A stretch of 64,000 nucleotides of DNA. Origin: Mobula birostris. Taxonomy: Eukaryota. The DNA lies in assembly GCF_030028105.1 (NCBI RefSeq), contig NC_092396.1, positions 20,605,820-20,669,819 on the forward strand, in the 5' to 3' direction. The notes under the pieces were generated by a model. It was not told the origin of the DNA. It saw only the letters and a program-made list of their open reading frames with translations, and did not search any database. Position numbers and translations under genes: made by a program. Of this stretch, positions 1-13,289 are shown piece after piece; position 1 is the first letter of the stretch, and every line of letters begins with the position of its first letter.

Positions 1-394
1 AGACATAAAGTGCATATTTATAGTAGCAATTCCTCCAGTTAAATAACGGAAAAGTTAAAGCCATTCAGTCTCTACTGCAAACCATTTCCTCACTAGCAAC
101 TCCATTCTTGTCTTTGGCTAATGCCTAAGACTGACCTGATTGCTTATCGCCAACAATTAACCTATTAGACTTGAAATGAATCTGTGAATCCATTTCTTCT
201 CCATCCCCAAAGTAGTCCACCTCAGTAATGCTACCTGCTGGCCCTTGCTCAGCTTAATCGTTCCTGGAAGCCTGATCTGTGCTTTTATCACTAAACTAAA
301 TTTCTGAAATGTTCTCTTTCCCTGACCCAAGCTCCATACTCATTATCTCATCCAAACCTCTATTGCTTGCATTCTAATTTGCACCAATTCACGT

Positions 395-790
395 TAAAGT
401 TCAAAGTAAATTTATTATCAAAGTCTACATATGTCACCATATACAACCCTGAGGCTCATTTTCTTGCAGAAATACTCAAATCCATAATAGACTAATAACC
501 ATTATAGAATCAGTGAAAGACTGCACCAACTTGGGTGTTGGACCGGTGTACAAAAGACAGCAAACTGCAAATTCAAAAAGAAAGAATGTTAAAAATAAAT
601 GTATCTAGTCATTTATTATTTTTTTTGTATTTGCACAAATAATCCTTTTTACATTGTTTGTCTATCCTTGTGTGTAGTTGCTCATTGATTCTATTGTATT
701 TCTTTGTTCTACTGTGAATACTCACAGGAAGATGATTTTCAAGGTAGGAAATGGTGACATATATGTACTTTGATAATAAATTTACTTCTC
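395..790. repeat. Two oppositely oriented copies of a LINE (Rex1-type) 3' UTR tail
   Basis: aagtaaatttattatcaaagt...atatgtcacc (~404-440) is the reverse complement of ggtgacatatatgtactttgataataaatttact (~752-786). The same tail occurs at ~4748, ~28480 and ~59250-59495. Confidence 0.7.
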
Positions 791-974
791 TTTGTTAATT
801 CTTGATTCATAAAGTCTTTTTCTCTTCCCTTTGGGCAGTCCCTTGGGGTTAAGGATGGCTTGGCTCCCACTCTGGTTAGTGAGGTGGCTGGAAGTCCTGT
901 GCTGAGTTTACAGCTGGTGCTTTAACGTGACAGCTGGGTGGACAGGATGTGGAAACATCTCAATGATGGAGCAA

Positions 975-1750
975 GTGAAGTTATCCCCTCTGGTTCAAGG
1001 GCCTGATGCTTGAGGGGTAATAACTGTTCCTGAACCTGGTGGTGTGAGTCTTGAGGCTCCTGTACCTTCCAGATGTCAGCAGCGAGAAGAGAACATGCCC
1101 TGGGTGGTGGGGGTCCTTGATGATGGATGCTGCTTTCTTGTGGCAACGTTTCGTGTAGACGTGCTCAATAGTGGGGAGGGCTTTACCTGTGATGGACTGG
1201 GCCGTATCTACTACGGTTTGTAGGATTTTCCATTCAAGGGCATTGGTTTTTCCATACCAGGCTGTGATGCAGCCAGTCAATATATTCTCCATTAAATGTC
1301 CTTAGAAGTTTGTCAAAGTATTAGATGTCATGCTGAATCTACACAACTCCTAAGGAAGTAGAAGCTCTATCATGCTTTCTTCATAATTGCATTTAAATAC
1401 TGGGCCCAGGAAAGGTCCTCCAAAATAATAACACCCACGTATTTAAAGTTGCTGACCCTCTCTCGCTCTGGTCCTCCAATGAGGACTGACTCATGGACCT
1501 CTGGTTTCCTCCTCCTGAAGTCAATAATCAGCTCCTTGGTCTTCCTCTTATAAGCTGATACATCACCACCTTTGATATGGCCTAAAAAAGTGTAGTTCAG
1601 TCGCAGTTATTTTGAATTCCTTTGGTTGTAGAGTAGAGATGAAAGCAGTTCAATGATTTCCCACTCGCCCAGACGGTGACTGCAGTTGAAATCTTATTGG
1701 AGGTAAAATGCAGCATTGTAGTGAGCAAGACCGAGATGAGAGTGCGATGA
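975..1750 (-). mobile_element. Rex1/Babar-type LINE, RT C-terminal fragment
   Basis: ENILTGCITAWYG...[41 protein letters not shown]. Confidence 0.8.
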
Positions 1751-1899
1751 TGGCACAGACTTGCTTCACCCCCATTCTGAAGTGTGATCGGGTCCTGGGT
1801 CTGAACCACTGCAGCAGACACACTCTGGAATGGTAATGATTTTTGTGGAAAACCAAGTTTGAGAAGGATTTCCAGAAATTTCTTCCCCTCCCTCCTTTT

Positions 1900-2330
1900 C
1901 TTATTTTTTTCAATTTCCCATTCTGGTTAGCCTTTCACCCCTTCTCCTTATCTGCCCATCGCCTCCCTCTGGTTCCCCTCCTCCTTCCCTTTCTTCCATG
2001 GTCCACTGTCCTCTCCTATCAAATTCCTTCTTCCTTGGCCCTTTAGCTCTTCCGGCTATCCCCTCCCAGCTTCTCACTTTGTCTCCCTCCCCCCTCACCC
2101 AGTTGCACCTATAAGATGCCAGCTTGTACTCCTTCTCCACGCCGATCTCCCCGCCTCTCCTTATTCTGGCTTCTGCCCTCTTCCTTTCCAGACCCGATGA
2201 AGTGACTCAGCCCAAAGCATTGAGTTTATTCCCCTTCACAGATACTGCCTGGCTTGCTGAGTTCCTCCAGCACTTTTGAGTGTGTGTGTTGTTCGAGATT
2301 TCCAGCATCTGCAGGGTCTCTTGTGTTTAA
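1900..2330 (+). mobile_element. Penelope-like element terminal repeat, degenerate
   Basis: Pyrimidine-rich tract followed by ...gatgaagtgactcagccc...gatactgcctggcttgctgagttcctccagcac...gatttccagcatctgcag; homologous to 17700-18035, which follows a GIY-YIG coding fragment. Confidence 0.65.
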
Positions 2331-2907
2331 GAAGAAAGGCTGATGAGAATACATTAATTACTTCCCAACAAGCTATTTCCATAAATCACTTGACATCAGG
2401 AATGAAATAAATAATCACAAGACTGGCATGTGATGTGTGTTTTATAACTGTTTCAGTCAGTGCCTCTAGTGATTATACAGCAGCTGTGTGGTGATGGCTG
2501 CAGAACAGAGAATGTGCAGAAGGCATAGCACAACGGGACGCTATCCAGTGCGCCTTTGTTTCTTGCTTGAGTTGGTAACTCCAATGTGCCAATGTTTTGC
2601 AGCCTGCAGCATTCACAGCTAATCTCCCCAGCTCTCCAAATCATTAGATTATTGTGTTCAACAATTAATCTTAATGAATCTCCCTCTGGATTTCTCAGTC
2701 TCTGTTAAATTAACTGTCTGAAAGCCTTGGTATATAGAGTGTGTTCAGAGGAAAGTCTGTAGTGTAAGGGTGTTGAATGAAGTACAGAATTATCAAAGAA
2801 TTAGATTAACACTTTCTGGGTTCTTGTCAGGGTATACCAGGCTAATAAAGGTTTAACTATATAATCTATAACCCAATTTCTTTTAAAAATAAGAAGCTTC
2901 CATTTAG

Positions 2908-2972
2908 ATAGTACCTCCAGGATGATCATAGTACCTTCGATAATGATCATAGTACCTCCAGGATGATCATAG
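2908..2972. repeat. Short tandem repeat, ~3 x 20-21 bp (ATAGTACCTCCAGGATGATC)
   Basis: Units 1 and 3 are identical; unit 2 is a variant. Confidence 0.85.
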
Positions 2973-3585
2973 CCAATTAAGTGATTTCGTAGTGCAGTCA
3001 CTTTGATTCTTCAGGAAATGTAGCAACTAATTTACATACAATATTGCCCCGAGATTAATATTTGCCCAAACTACTGAAGAGGATTGCTGTTTTAACATAC
3101 ATCCACGATGGTATTCAAGTGAACATCTCATTTGAAGAGCAGAGCTTCTCGCGTTGTAGGCTCTCGCTCAGCCTAACCAGAACTGAAGACAAGATGCTGC
3201 TAATGAACCAACTTGCTGCCACTCAAAGCCTTGTTGTCTGTGCCTCTCTCACTTTCCCTGCTCTGACAGCACGGCAAAAAGCAGACTAGTGACAGCATTA
3301 AGATGCATGCATCACTCAGTGTCCTTTCAATCAAACAGCAATAATGTTATCAAAGGGGGGACGACAAGGTAACCATATTGTTGTCAGTCACACACATCCC
3401 AAATTATATCTATGCTTCCAATAGCCAGTACTTTGATCTTTGATATTAACTGGTTGTTTGTGATTGCCAGTAAAGATAACCAGGTAAAGATAGAAGGTGG
3501 ATAGATTTCTGAGTGTAAGTGGCTGATTCAGACATTATTAAAATGACTATTAAAGCCTCAGAATAGTTAAGAATGATGTGGGTAC

Positions 3586-3675
3586 CAGGCAGGCAGTCGA
3601 GGTGATGATCACATGGGTCTGCTTCAGCCTGGGATGTGATGTTCCCGTTACTCAGGTTCTTAGTGCGACGCTTGT
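3586..3675 (-). CDS. DRAXIN: DRAXIN coding exon 4 (90 nt)
   Basis: ttccttgcag|AC AAG; [31 protein letters not shown]|gtaccc. Confidence 0.92.
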
Positions 3676-6600
3676 CTGCAAGGAAAATAGATATCAACAC
3701 TTCACAAGAAATATTTCTGCTGATTGTGCAGCTGCTCGGATTCACCAAGCCATGGCTAAACTAGTTACATTTTGAGGACAGATTGCACAGAGCAAACTTG
3801 TATACCCTCATGAGTAGATGATTTATGAGACACAAAAGATAATTAGAGGATTAATAGAGTAGATGAAGAGAAACTATTTCCTCTGGTGGGGATGCTCAGA
3901 TCAAATGGAAACAATATTAAAACACTGTGAAGGGGTGATGTTAAGAAAAACATTTTCACACAAAGTGGATATACAGTGGTCTCTCCCCTTCCAAAGTAAA
4001 TTGCTGAGGGAGGCTCACTACAACCAAACATACTCGCGCCCCTTGCACACTCATTCCCGCGTCCCACTCCGTTCACACTGCTAACACACTTTCATGCCTC
4101 CACTTGTTACCTTTCTTCTTTGTTGAAGGCCACATATCTGGCTTCATATCTTCATAATCTGTCCAATCAAAGAGCGTCATGTCGAGAGTGGGGTTTACCT
4201 CGGCGACAGTTCTTGCTCTGGCCTACATGAGCTCGGGGCAATGATGAGAGGGGCAGAGATGAGGGCAGCAGACACAAAGAAATGAATGGAGAATGGAGTG
4301 AGAGAGTCGTTTAAAGATAATTAATTGTTTAAGAAGATAAATAAAGAAAAATTAAAGATATATAGGGGTCGGGACAATTGAGTGGATAATGAAATGAAAG
4401 AGCAAAGAAAGTTACACCAATTAGATGGGTAGAAATTAAATTTTTATGGACAGCAACAAGACTGGAGAAATAGCAACTGGTAAAGAATACTCAGAGATAA
4501 ATCACCAAGTGGCAGTGAAGCAGTGACTCGTGAATCTCCGCCTGATGGAACGCTATCACTTGGGCACTGAAGTAAAACATGCCTGTCTCGCAGTACCTGC
4601 AAATGTCATTATGGCTGTTTGAGGAGTTGAGTTAACACTAAAAAAAACTTCTGCAAATAAATATCAGATTTAATTGAAGCTAGGAATCTTCATGTTCTGG
4701 GAATGCAAAGACAGTGCCAATTATTTCTACGTTGTCCACTTTCCTTTCAAAGTTCGAGGTGAATTTATTATCAAAGTACATATATGTCACCACAGACAAC
4801 CCTGAGATTCCTTTTCTCAGTAAAGCCAAGAAACACAATAGAATCAAAGAAAGACTGCACCCAACAAGATGGACAAACAAGCAGTGTGCAACAGACAACA
4901 AACTGGAAATACTAAATGGAAAAAATAATAATAATAAGTAAACAATAAATATCAAGAACATGAGATGAAGAGGCCTTGAAAGTGATTCCATAGTTTGTAG
5001 GAACAGTTCAGTGATGGGGTGAGTGAAATTATCCCCATTGATTCAACAGCCTGATGGTTGATGACTGTTCCTGAACCTGGTAGTGTGGGATCTGAGGATC
5101 TTGTACCTTCTTTCTGATGGTGGCAGTGAGAAGAGGGTATAACCAAATGCTGCCTGAAGCCTCAATTGCCTGAACCAGATCAATAAAACCAACAATATCC
5201 TTTATGACTAAAATATAAGCATCTAACCCAAACTGCCACTAAAATCTTAATTTTCAGCTCTGCAAAAGCTTCTTGGTCACAACTAAAATATTCCTTTGCA
5301 CTTTAGTTGCTCCTTCACATTATTTCTTTTTAACCTTTATAAATTCCTCTCTGTAAAACTCATCTCCTTGCAACTTACCTTGTGCTGCCTGCTTATTATA
5401 ATTCCAAGCAATATTATTCCCACAAAGTATAATTTTCTAAGCCACCCTTATCTAATTCTCTCCACAGTCTGGCCAACTTTTTCACTTCTTTTTGAAGTTC
5501 ATCAGACACCTGTCTACAACAAAACCATTATAAGTGTGTAGTTAATATAATTATTGTATCAACGTGTGAAAGACACTTAAATTATTGGGAAAAAATCTGG
5601 TTGTTGGCCAAAATTGCAAACGTTCAGTTTTCTTTTTCATCCTTATTTCCTTATTGGAAGATTGTGCCATGTTTTTCTGATGATGGTCAAACCTCAGAGG
5701 GAGTGTGCTTTACTATATCCACTGTTTCTCCGTGTCATGTCAGTGGTTTTACAGGACGGACTTGGAGATTCAGAAATCCCTGAGGGAGGGCAGATCATGA
5801 ACTGCTAAACGCAGCATGATTTAATCGGTTCACAAAGTGATTCTCCACTGATGTGACATTCCTGCTCCATTAAACTCCTGTTGAAAGGAGCAAAATTGGC
5901 TGTTTCAAATGATGGGAAAGTGATCAGGTAGGATTGGTTTACCTGCTCTTTTGTTTGCTGTCTAGGCTTTACCGCTGGCACTTCCTCAGTTGTAATGGTG
6001 GTCAGCAACATACTGGTCGCAATTGCACTGGACATAGGCAGGGGCATAGTAGAAAGTTCATCCATCACCTTGCTTTCTGTTAGATCTCTTACGGATGGAA
6101 TTAACTCAGTTCCTGAGACTTTCAATGCTGGAAGAGGATATATAAAATGTCAGATTAATCAAATGCTCTTATAGAAATCAAATGACCAAAACGTTGACAA
6201 GGTTTCACTAGGTGACATCATGAAAGTGGGGAAGTCCACCTTTGTGTGGTAGGGTGCCAAGGACTTGCTGTGCAACAAGAATGTTACTGCACAAAAGGTC
6301 ACTGGGTGACGAAGGATTTGAGAGAGAACTGCACGGTCTGCTGTTTATTTTGTAGTTTCCAGCCTGACTGGCTGTTATTTTCCCTGCACATTGAGATAAA
6401 CGTGCTCATTGCTGCAAAAGCTAAAGAAATAATAATTTGATTTAATTAACATAACTTTAACTTTAATTAACACTGGCTCAGTGGCCACTTTATTAGGTAC
6501 ACCTGCACACCAGTTTGTTAATTTCTATACAGCCAATCATATGGCAGCAACTCAATGCATAAAAGCATGCAGACATGGTCAAGAGGTTCAGTTGTTGTTC

Positions 6601-9600
6601 AGGCCAAACATCAGAATGAGGAAGAAGTGTGATCTAAGTGACTTTGACCATGGAATGATTGTTGGTGCCAGATGGTATGGTTTGAGTATCTCAGAAGCTG
6701 CTGATCTCTAGGGATTTTCATGCACAGCTGTCTCTAGACTTCACAGAGAATGGTGCGAAAAACAGCAAAACATCTAGTGAGCAGCAGTTTTGTGGGCAAA
6801 AACATCCTGTTAATGAGAAGTCAGAGAAGAAAGTCCAGACTGGTTCAAGCTGACAGGAAGGCAAAGTCACTCAAATAACCACCAGTTACAACAGTGGTGT
6901 GCAGAGGAACATCTCTGAACATACAACATGTCAAACCTTGAAATGGATGGGCTACAGCAGTAGGCGAACACAAACATACATAATATTTGTTTGGCATTTC
7001 CAATGTGAAAACTGGTTTCAGATTAAGAACACTAGCTAAGGTAAAAGGGAAAGACCAACTAGGGTCGGGCTCATGCATCTACCCTTCCCAATCTCCCAGG
7101 ATAAATAGGAATTCCCAGCTGTATCCCTCTGCTGCTTTGACTAGCTGCTGTGATCAACTGACAGTCAAGTTTGCTAATCCTCCTAAAAACTTTCAAACCA
7201 TGCCCAGTATGCCCTACACAAGGAGGTCTTTAACAACATTCTTCATCCTATTGATTACTTTATAATGAAAATGCAATGTTATTCACAATTATTCTGTGCA
7301 AAACTTCAACCATTCCGATTAAAGTCTATTGCTCTCTCCCAGTGCTTTACCTCATTCTTAGATATAAACATTGCAGTCAGCTTCTCAAGAGCCTTACTCA
7401 GTTTGAACTGGCACTCAGTAATTTAACTGGGTAGAACAGATTTATTGTCAATATATTTGCACACTTTCATAGACCTTTTAATGAAATTTAATGTAACAAG
7501 CTAACATTTGTCAAAAAATCATGTGGGAATTCTGAATTTGATATAAACAGTTTTTGTGGGTTTTTATTTGTTGCACTGCCCAGGAGAACAAGTTCAGAAA
7601 TAGGATATAGGGCCTCTTGTTTCTGATTAATGGTAGACAGTGGCCAAATTAAAGCGAAATTTTACAGGCAGTGGTATCCAGATTTAAATAGTTCCATCAG
7701 GCCAATAAGGCCGTGTGACTCCGTTGTGCATTTAATATTTTACTAATATTTGAATAATATTTTAAATATATTGCTTGATGAGCACCTTTTGTTTAAATGA
7801 TTCATTACGGGTTACGTGTAAAAGCACATGAATGGCGTATGTTATTATGCCACCAAGTCACATACGCAAGTCTCACTAAAATAAGACAAAACAAAGACAA
7901 TCATCTCCCAGCTCCATGTTTTTCTTTCAATTAATTTTATGTTTTGGAGTTACAAAACATAACAGACTGTAAAAAGGGATTTCCCTCATATTTAACTCAA
8001 CAGTTTATGATCTGTCTGCATGGCTACTCCACCAGAAGCAAAAAGACATCTGCATAGAAAAGAAAAATATTTACATGGTATATCTCATGACCTCTTGATG
8101 CATTGACACATCTTACATCAAATGAAGTATTTTTTCTTGTTGATTTGGGTCATGTGGCTGCCTCTGGCAAGGTCAGTGTTCATGGCCCATCCCTACAACC
8201 TTGGGCGAAGGTGGTGTGAGGAACTCCAACTCTCGGACTGCTGCAGTCCTTCTGGTGAGGATGCCTTAAGGTGTCAATGGCAGGATCTTCCAAGACTTAG
8301 CCCAGTGATGATGAAGGAATGGCAATAAATTTCCAATTCAGAAGAGCCTGAGGATGGTGCATCCACCAACGCAGTCAAGTGCCTTTGTCTCCAGAGGTGG
8401 TAGAAGCCATGGTCTGGGAGGATCTGTTTACAAAACTTCATTGAACTACTGCAATGGATTTAATAAATGGTATCTACTGCAGCTAATGAGCTGATGGTGA
8501 AGGAGTGAAAGTTTAGAGCCATTGGTAGGTGAAGCTAGGCTGCTCCATCCCGAACACCACTAAATTTCTTTAGTGTTGTTGGAGCTGCACACATACAGGC
8601 ACAGGGTGACTGTTCCATCACATTCTTGAAGAACAGGGAAACTCTGGAATATGAGTAACACGCTGCAAAGTATCCAGTGCCTTCTCTTGTACGAACGCTA
8701 CATACAGAGGACCAGGTGAGTTTCAGGATGTTGGCAATGGGGGATTTAGTGACAGTAATACCTTTGAATGTTAAAGGTCAGGGGAAATGTTGAAATGTAG
8801 CATTTAATTTGGAGGAAAGCTTCAATCAGGAAGTGAACGTATGATTTTGTTAATAAATGACTAGGACTGCCAGATTGGCTAACAGCTTCTTCGCTCAGGA
8901 CGTGAGACTAATGTGATTCCACCACCACCGAGGTCTCAGCACAAGGAGCTGCTTACTGCTTACTGTCTACCTGTGCCGCACATGACGTGCACTTCGAATT
9001 ATATTTTATTAACTTATTTGTGGTAACATTTTGCTTTATGTGTTGCGTGTGATACTGGTTCTGTGGGTGCACTGTGGTCCAGAGAAATATTGGTTTGTTT
9101 GGTAGTATATAGGTACAACCAAAATATGACAATAAACCTGAACTTAGAACTTGAAATACTGAATATTGAGTTCCCCAGGGAAATCCACTGATCTTTGGTA
9201 AAGCCACCAGACTATCACAAGGCTCCCTGCAGATATTAAGTTGGTGGAAACAGTTCATTAAAACATGCTGATATACTGTTCCTTTTATTTAAAGTCTACA
9301 CTGCTTGTTATTTGACATCCTTTTAATGATCTCACGCTGACAGTTGGTGATTTTGTGGGAGAATTCATTGATCATTGAGATTAATTTTGGAGGAACTATC
9401 TCATCAATCCACAGGGCCCAGGAGGGCAGAAAATACTCTCGGCCTTGGTCACCAAACCTTGTCCTCGTAATAACCCTGTGAAGTGCAAAGAGACCTGAGC
9501 TATGCATAAAAGTAGATCAGAATGATCTTTTGCTGCTTTCAATATGTTTTTGGAAACAATTACAGAGCAGTTCTTCGCTCCAATGAAAGCTTGCAACTGT

Positions 9601-11931
9601 TATAGAGAACTCGAAAGCAAATTGCCTTCTTTAACAACAGTCAGCACAGTGTGACCAGCATGCCAGTTACAAATAAAATACAAACAAATAAACTGTACAG
9701 CAAAAAAAATCGCTTTCCCCGACCATGACCAGTGTTTAGGGACTGCCAGCTCTGCGTGTCAGCCGTGACTGTGACATGCAGCCAGAGTGTTGCTCAGAAT
9801 AATAGAATCAGGTAGGCGCAGGTGTAGTCACAGAAAGCGACGCGCATCCCTTTAAGGTTCTTGCCTTCAGCTGCACCAAATTAGGCTACATAGGAGGGAG
9901 CTGTGCAGTGGGTTTTAAATTCTCACCATAGGGGGCCGACCTATCCAATCACCCATGCAGCTGGAATTCAAAAAGAGTTGTCAGTGGGATCTGAGCTCCC
10001 TCATGATATCACATTATTATTTCTCATAATGAACAAAGAGGTGAGATCTTAAACAAACCGCAGCAAGAATATTCCTGTTCGAATCTTTGCAATGTTTCTC
10101 CTATTTTTTTTATTTACTCGGTCGATTACTTTTGCTTTAGAATGCACACTTATTCACGTCACAGGCGTGGAATATCCAAAGCCAGGAGTAAAGGAGATAC
10201 AAGTAGAATGCGTATAGACACTGGATTGAACCAAAGCAGACAGCGTGCAGATGGAATGCAGAATACTCCCCCCACCACCCCACCCTGCCCCCAAACAAGG
10301 ATGGGGGTAGAGCAGATACAGTACAGCTAGCCTTTCTGGCAAAGTTACACCAAATTTGCAATCGGTTTCATAAGCAATAACCTTATTTAACCATAAAATG
10401 ACACGTGCCCTGAAAGAAAAGTATGTGGCTGAACGAGAGGAGGGAGTGAAAACATAGAGACTTGACACATTAAGATGGAGAGAGAAAAAAAAGAAAGATA
10501 AAGAGACAGGGAGAAGACGACAGAGAGAAAAAGTAAAAGACAAGGCAATGAATCGTGTGGTGAGCAAAGAAAAGGGACAGTGGCAGCAGAGGAAGTAAGA
10601 GGCAAAGCTGATCTGAAAATGAGAGTTACATGGACAAAATAAGGGTGTAAAAGGAAATAGAAGGCAGGAAGGAAGTTATGTGGGAAAAGGAAAAGATGAA
10701 GGCTGGTAGACTGTAATGTATATACTGCTTATTTTGTATAACAAATGTCTAAGAGTATAAAAACAAGGCTAATTAAACGAAGAACAAATTAGAACAGGCA
10801 ATCAAGGCTTTGATCAAATATGTGGATTTCAAAGAAGATTTTAAAGAGAATATCTTTTTAAATGGAGAAGAAGTTGAGAGAGAAAAAAATTTAACAATTA
10901 CATTGGTGGTTGAAGGCAAAGGTAGTAAATGTGGGACAAGGAGGGGAATGTATCAACAATATGAAGGACACTACAGTTTGAAGAATTAAGTTACTAAATC
11001 AGAAAAAAAATGTTTCAGAGATGGGAAGAGCAGGATTTAAATGTAGCAATGCAAGTTTTAAATTGAAAACTGTGAAAGACAGAGGGAATGGATGAACAGA
11101 ACTTGCAAAGGAACAAAATATGGGTGGCAGAATTCTGGAGGACCACAGTTTATGGAGGGTTGGAACTCAATGGTCAACTGAGACAGAATATTATGGAAAG
11201 ATTGTAAAACTGTCTGTTTTAGGAAACCCCTTTTTGGTTTTACTATTTTTTTTAAAAAAAATTATGTCTTTCAAGATAAATACAAACACTAGAGCCATCA
11301 ATATTAGAGTTATATTTTTCTAAAATGTTACCATATTATTTTAATTTTAGTATGTTTTGTTTTAAAACTTCATTTTTGCCAGGTATGTCCAATGCTGGAG
11401 AATCTTTCCAGCTCATTTAAGATAAAAACCTATACACCAGAGCGTCTCCAAGTCCTGCTTACCCTTGTTATGTCGTCCTCGTTCTCTCCGATTTTGCTTC
11501 TTGTGATCTCGGCTGTGTTTTCTCCCTTTATTTGCGGATTCCACCATCCGGTAATTTTCTAACTCTCGGGGATAAAACTGGCCACTTTGATCCCCTGCTC
11601 CCTCCTCCAGCATGGCTGCTCTCTCTAGGCTGTCTGTCTCCACACGCACTGGTGTAAGGCTCTCTAGTCCTACGCCGTCTTCATCGGGTCTCCCGGCCTC
11701 CATCACTCTGGTCACCATAGTGCTGGCCTTCTCCTTCCTCAGTACGCCGTGTCTGCGGCCTGGTCTGGGCAGGTCTGGCCAAGAGTCGTGCCTCTTCAGA
11801 CTGTGGTCGGTGTCGGGTGGCTGCAGTGAGCTCTTCTTATCCCTGGAGTCGGCCTCCAGAGCACAGACCTGGCTCAGAACGTCAAAAACCAAGATGAGGA
11901 GGAAAGGAGGCGTGAGGTACCACTGAGCCAT
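3586..11931 (-). CDS. DRAXIN: Draxin (dorsal inhibitory axon guidance protein), spliced CDS, 3' partial; exons 11931-11463, 6127-5943, 4222-4111, 3675-3586
   Basis: All four exons have AG/GT boundaries and compatible phases (1,0,1,1). The protein has a signal-peptide-like N-terminus ([24 protein letters not shown]), the draxin motif [22 protein letters not shown] and the start of the Cys-rich domain [11 protein letters not shown]. It lies head-to-head with MAD2L2, as in human. The remaining Cys-rich exons were not found in 1-3585, so they presumably lie left of the window. Confidence 0.93.
4111..4222 (-). CDS. DRAXIN: DRAXIN coding exon 3 (112 nt; netrin-binding motif)
   Basis: tag|GCC AGA...; [38 protein letters not shown]|gtaac. 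Confidence 0.93.
4745..5145 (-). mobile_element. Rex1-type LINE 3' end fragment
   Basis: Same 3' coding end (aggttcaggaacagt) and same tail as the other copies. Confidence 0.7.
5943..6127 (-). CDS. DRAXIN: DRAXIN coding exon 2 (185 nt, Ser/Thr-rich linker)
   Basis: cctcttccag|CA TTG AAA...GAG CAG|gtaaac; phases match both neighbouring exons. Confidence 0.85.
6471..6975 (+). mobile_element. Tc1/mariner DNA transposon remnant (left TIR plus HTH region)
   Basis: cagtggccactttattaggtacacc TIR-like start; [31 protein letters not shown] is a Tc1-type N-terminus, with stops downstream. Confidence 0.75.
7722..7964. mobile_element. Probable solo LTR (~243 bp)
   Basis: Termini (c)GTTGTG...CATAACA form an imperfect TG..CA inverted end; flanks GACTC / GACTG look like a 5-bp TSD with one mismatch. 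Confidence 0.45.
11463..11931 (-). CDS. DRAXIN: DRAXIN first coding exon (469 nt coding; acceptor at 11950/11949)
   Basis: ttcttcttcag|CTTAAT...ATG GCT CAG TGG; ends AAC AAG G|gtaagc. Confidence 0.9.
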
Positions 11932-13289
11932 TTTCTTTGTACGATTAAGCTGAAGAAGAAACAGGCAATACATTTGATTTCAAATGCTGATCGTGGTTTC
12001 TACAACATTCAGGCACGGATTAATGTTCAGCTCTAGATAGACAAAACACTCCCAGTAGTTTAGATGCTATAGTTTAGTGGACATTGTATCTCAGCTGCTG
12101 GAAAGGGTTAGGAGTTCAAATGCCGTTTAGTTCCAGCTGATGTTATTGGAATGATTATGGGAGAAATCCAATTTGTTATAGCGTCCTTGGATGACGCTAA
12201 AGCTGGGGAAAACCAAACTCGGTTGTTATGCAATAACGCCCGCAGGACCCATTCCCCGGTGACAGATGGTGCCTTCAAGAAAGCCGTAAGGGGGGGTGGC
12301 GGGGTTGAGGGGAGTTGGTAAAAACTGACCACTACACCCAGAGCTCAGCTACTACAATGCTCTCATCATAATCATCTGCTCCTGGCCGTCCTGCATTACA
12401 AAATAATTGCAGTAGTTCCCTCCCAACGCAGGACAATAAATATCAGTCGTGCACATACAAACAATACAGACAGGAGCGTCCGCTGTTGTAACCACAACAC
12501 TAACATTTATTTCCCTGGAGTCGGGGAGAGGAAAATCAGGTGGGGCGTTTTGCCCTGGATAGTATTCAATGCTTCCAACTAGAAAACGCATATGCACCCG
12601 TGCATAAAACGAGAACGGGTGTTTGTGTCACGGGTGATCCCACTCCGGGACATATGGTGGCTGAGCTAATGCATGCATGGAACTGTAGTCCATAGTAGGG
12701 GGTGGGGGAAATTTAGAAGGGAAAAAAAATCAATGTGATTGATGAATCAGGAGACTAGGCTTTAGAAACCATGACAAACGAGCACAATACAACACCGCAC
12801 AATAGTTTTGATATTAAAATAGAAAGTGAGTATTCAAAACGCCGCGAAGGTAGTAGATTTGAAGGAGTGGCCATATTCTGAAATGTATGTAAATTTAACA
12901 TCTCAATTCTTTAACTAGTATTTCCCCAGCCCACGGGGATAATATTAATTAATTACAACTTCCCGAGGGGACAGTCTCTCAACTCCCATCTGCTGTAGGA
13001 CCAAACATTTCTTCCAGCAATTTGCAGCATCTTCCATTGTATAGACACACACAACACCGGCGCCCTACCCGCAACCCCCCCCCCAACTCCCCTCCCCACC
13101 TCACCTCCGAAAATTCCACCTCTCCAAAATCATCTCCACCATCATCTACGGAGCTTCAGCTTCCCACTCCCCCCCCCCAACAATCAGAATCACAAAGCAT
13201 TGTTTTCCAAGTTTCGCAGGCATGTGCTTGACCTCCCGTCGGTATCCCCCGCGACTGATCAAATGTTGAATGCTCTGCCAAGGTCCCGC

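Noticed and set aside
1740-1830. Cys-containing minus-strand segment after an AG as the next DRAXIN exon
   Set aside because: It does not encode the expected CCDLR..NNKC..DDC motif and adjoins LINE debris; the remaining exons are probably outside the window.
2908-2972. CRISPR-like repeat array
   Set aside because: Vertebrate intron; the units are contiguous with no unique spacers.
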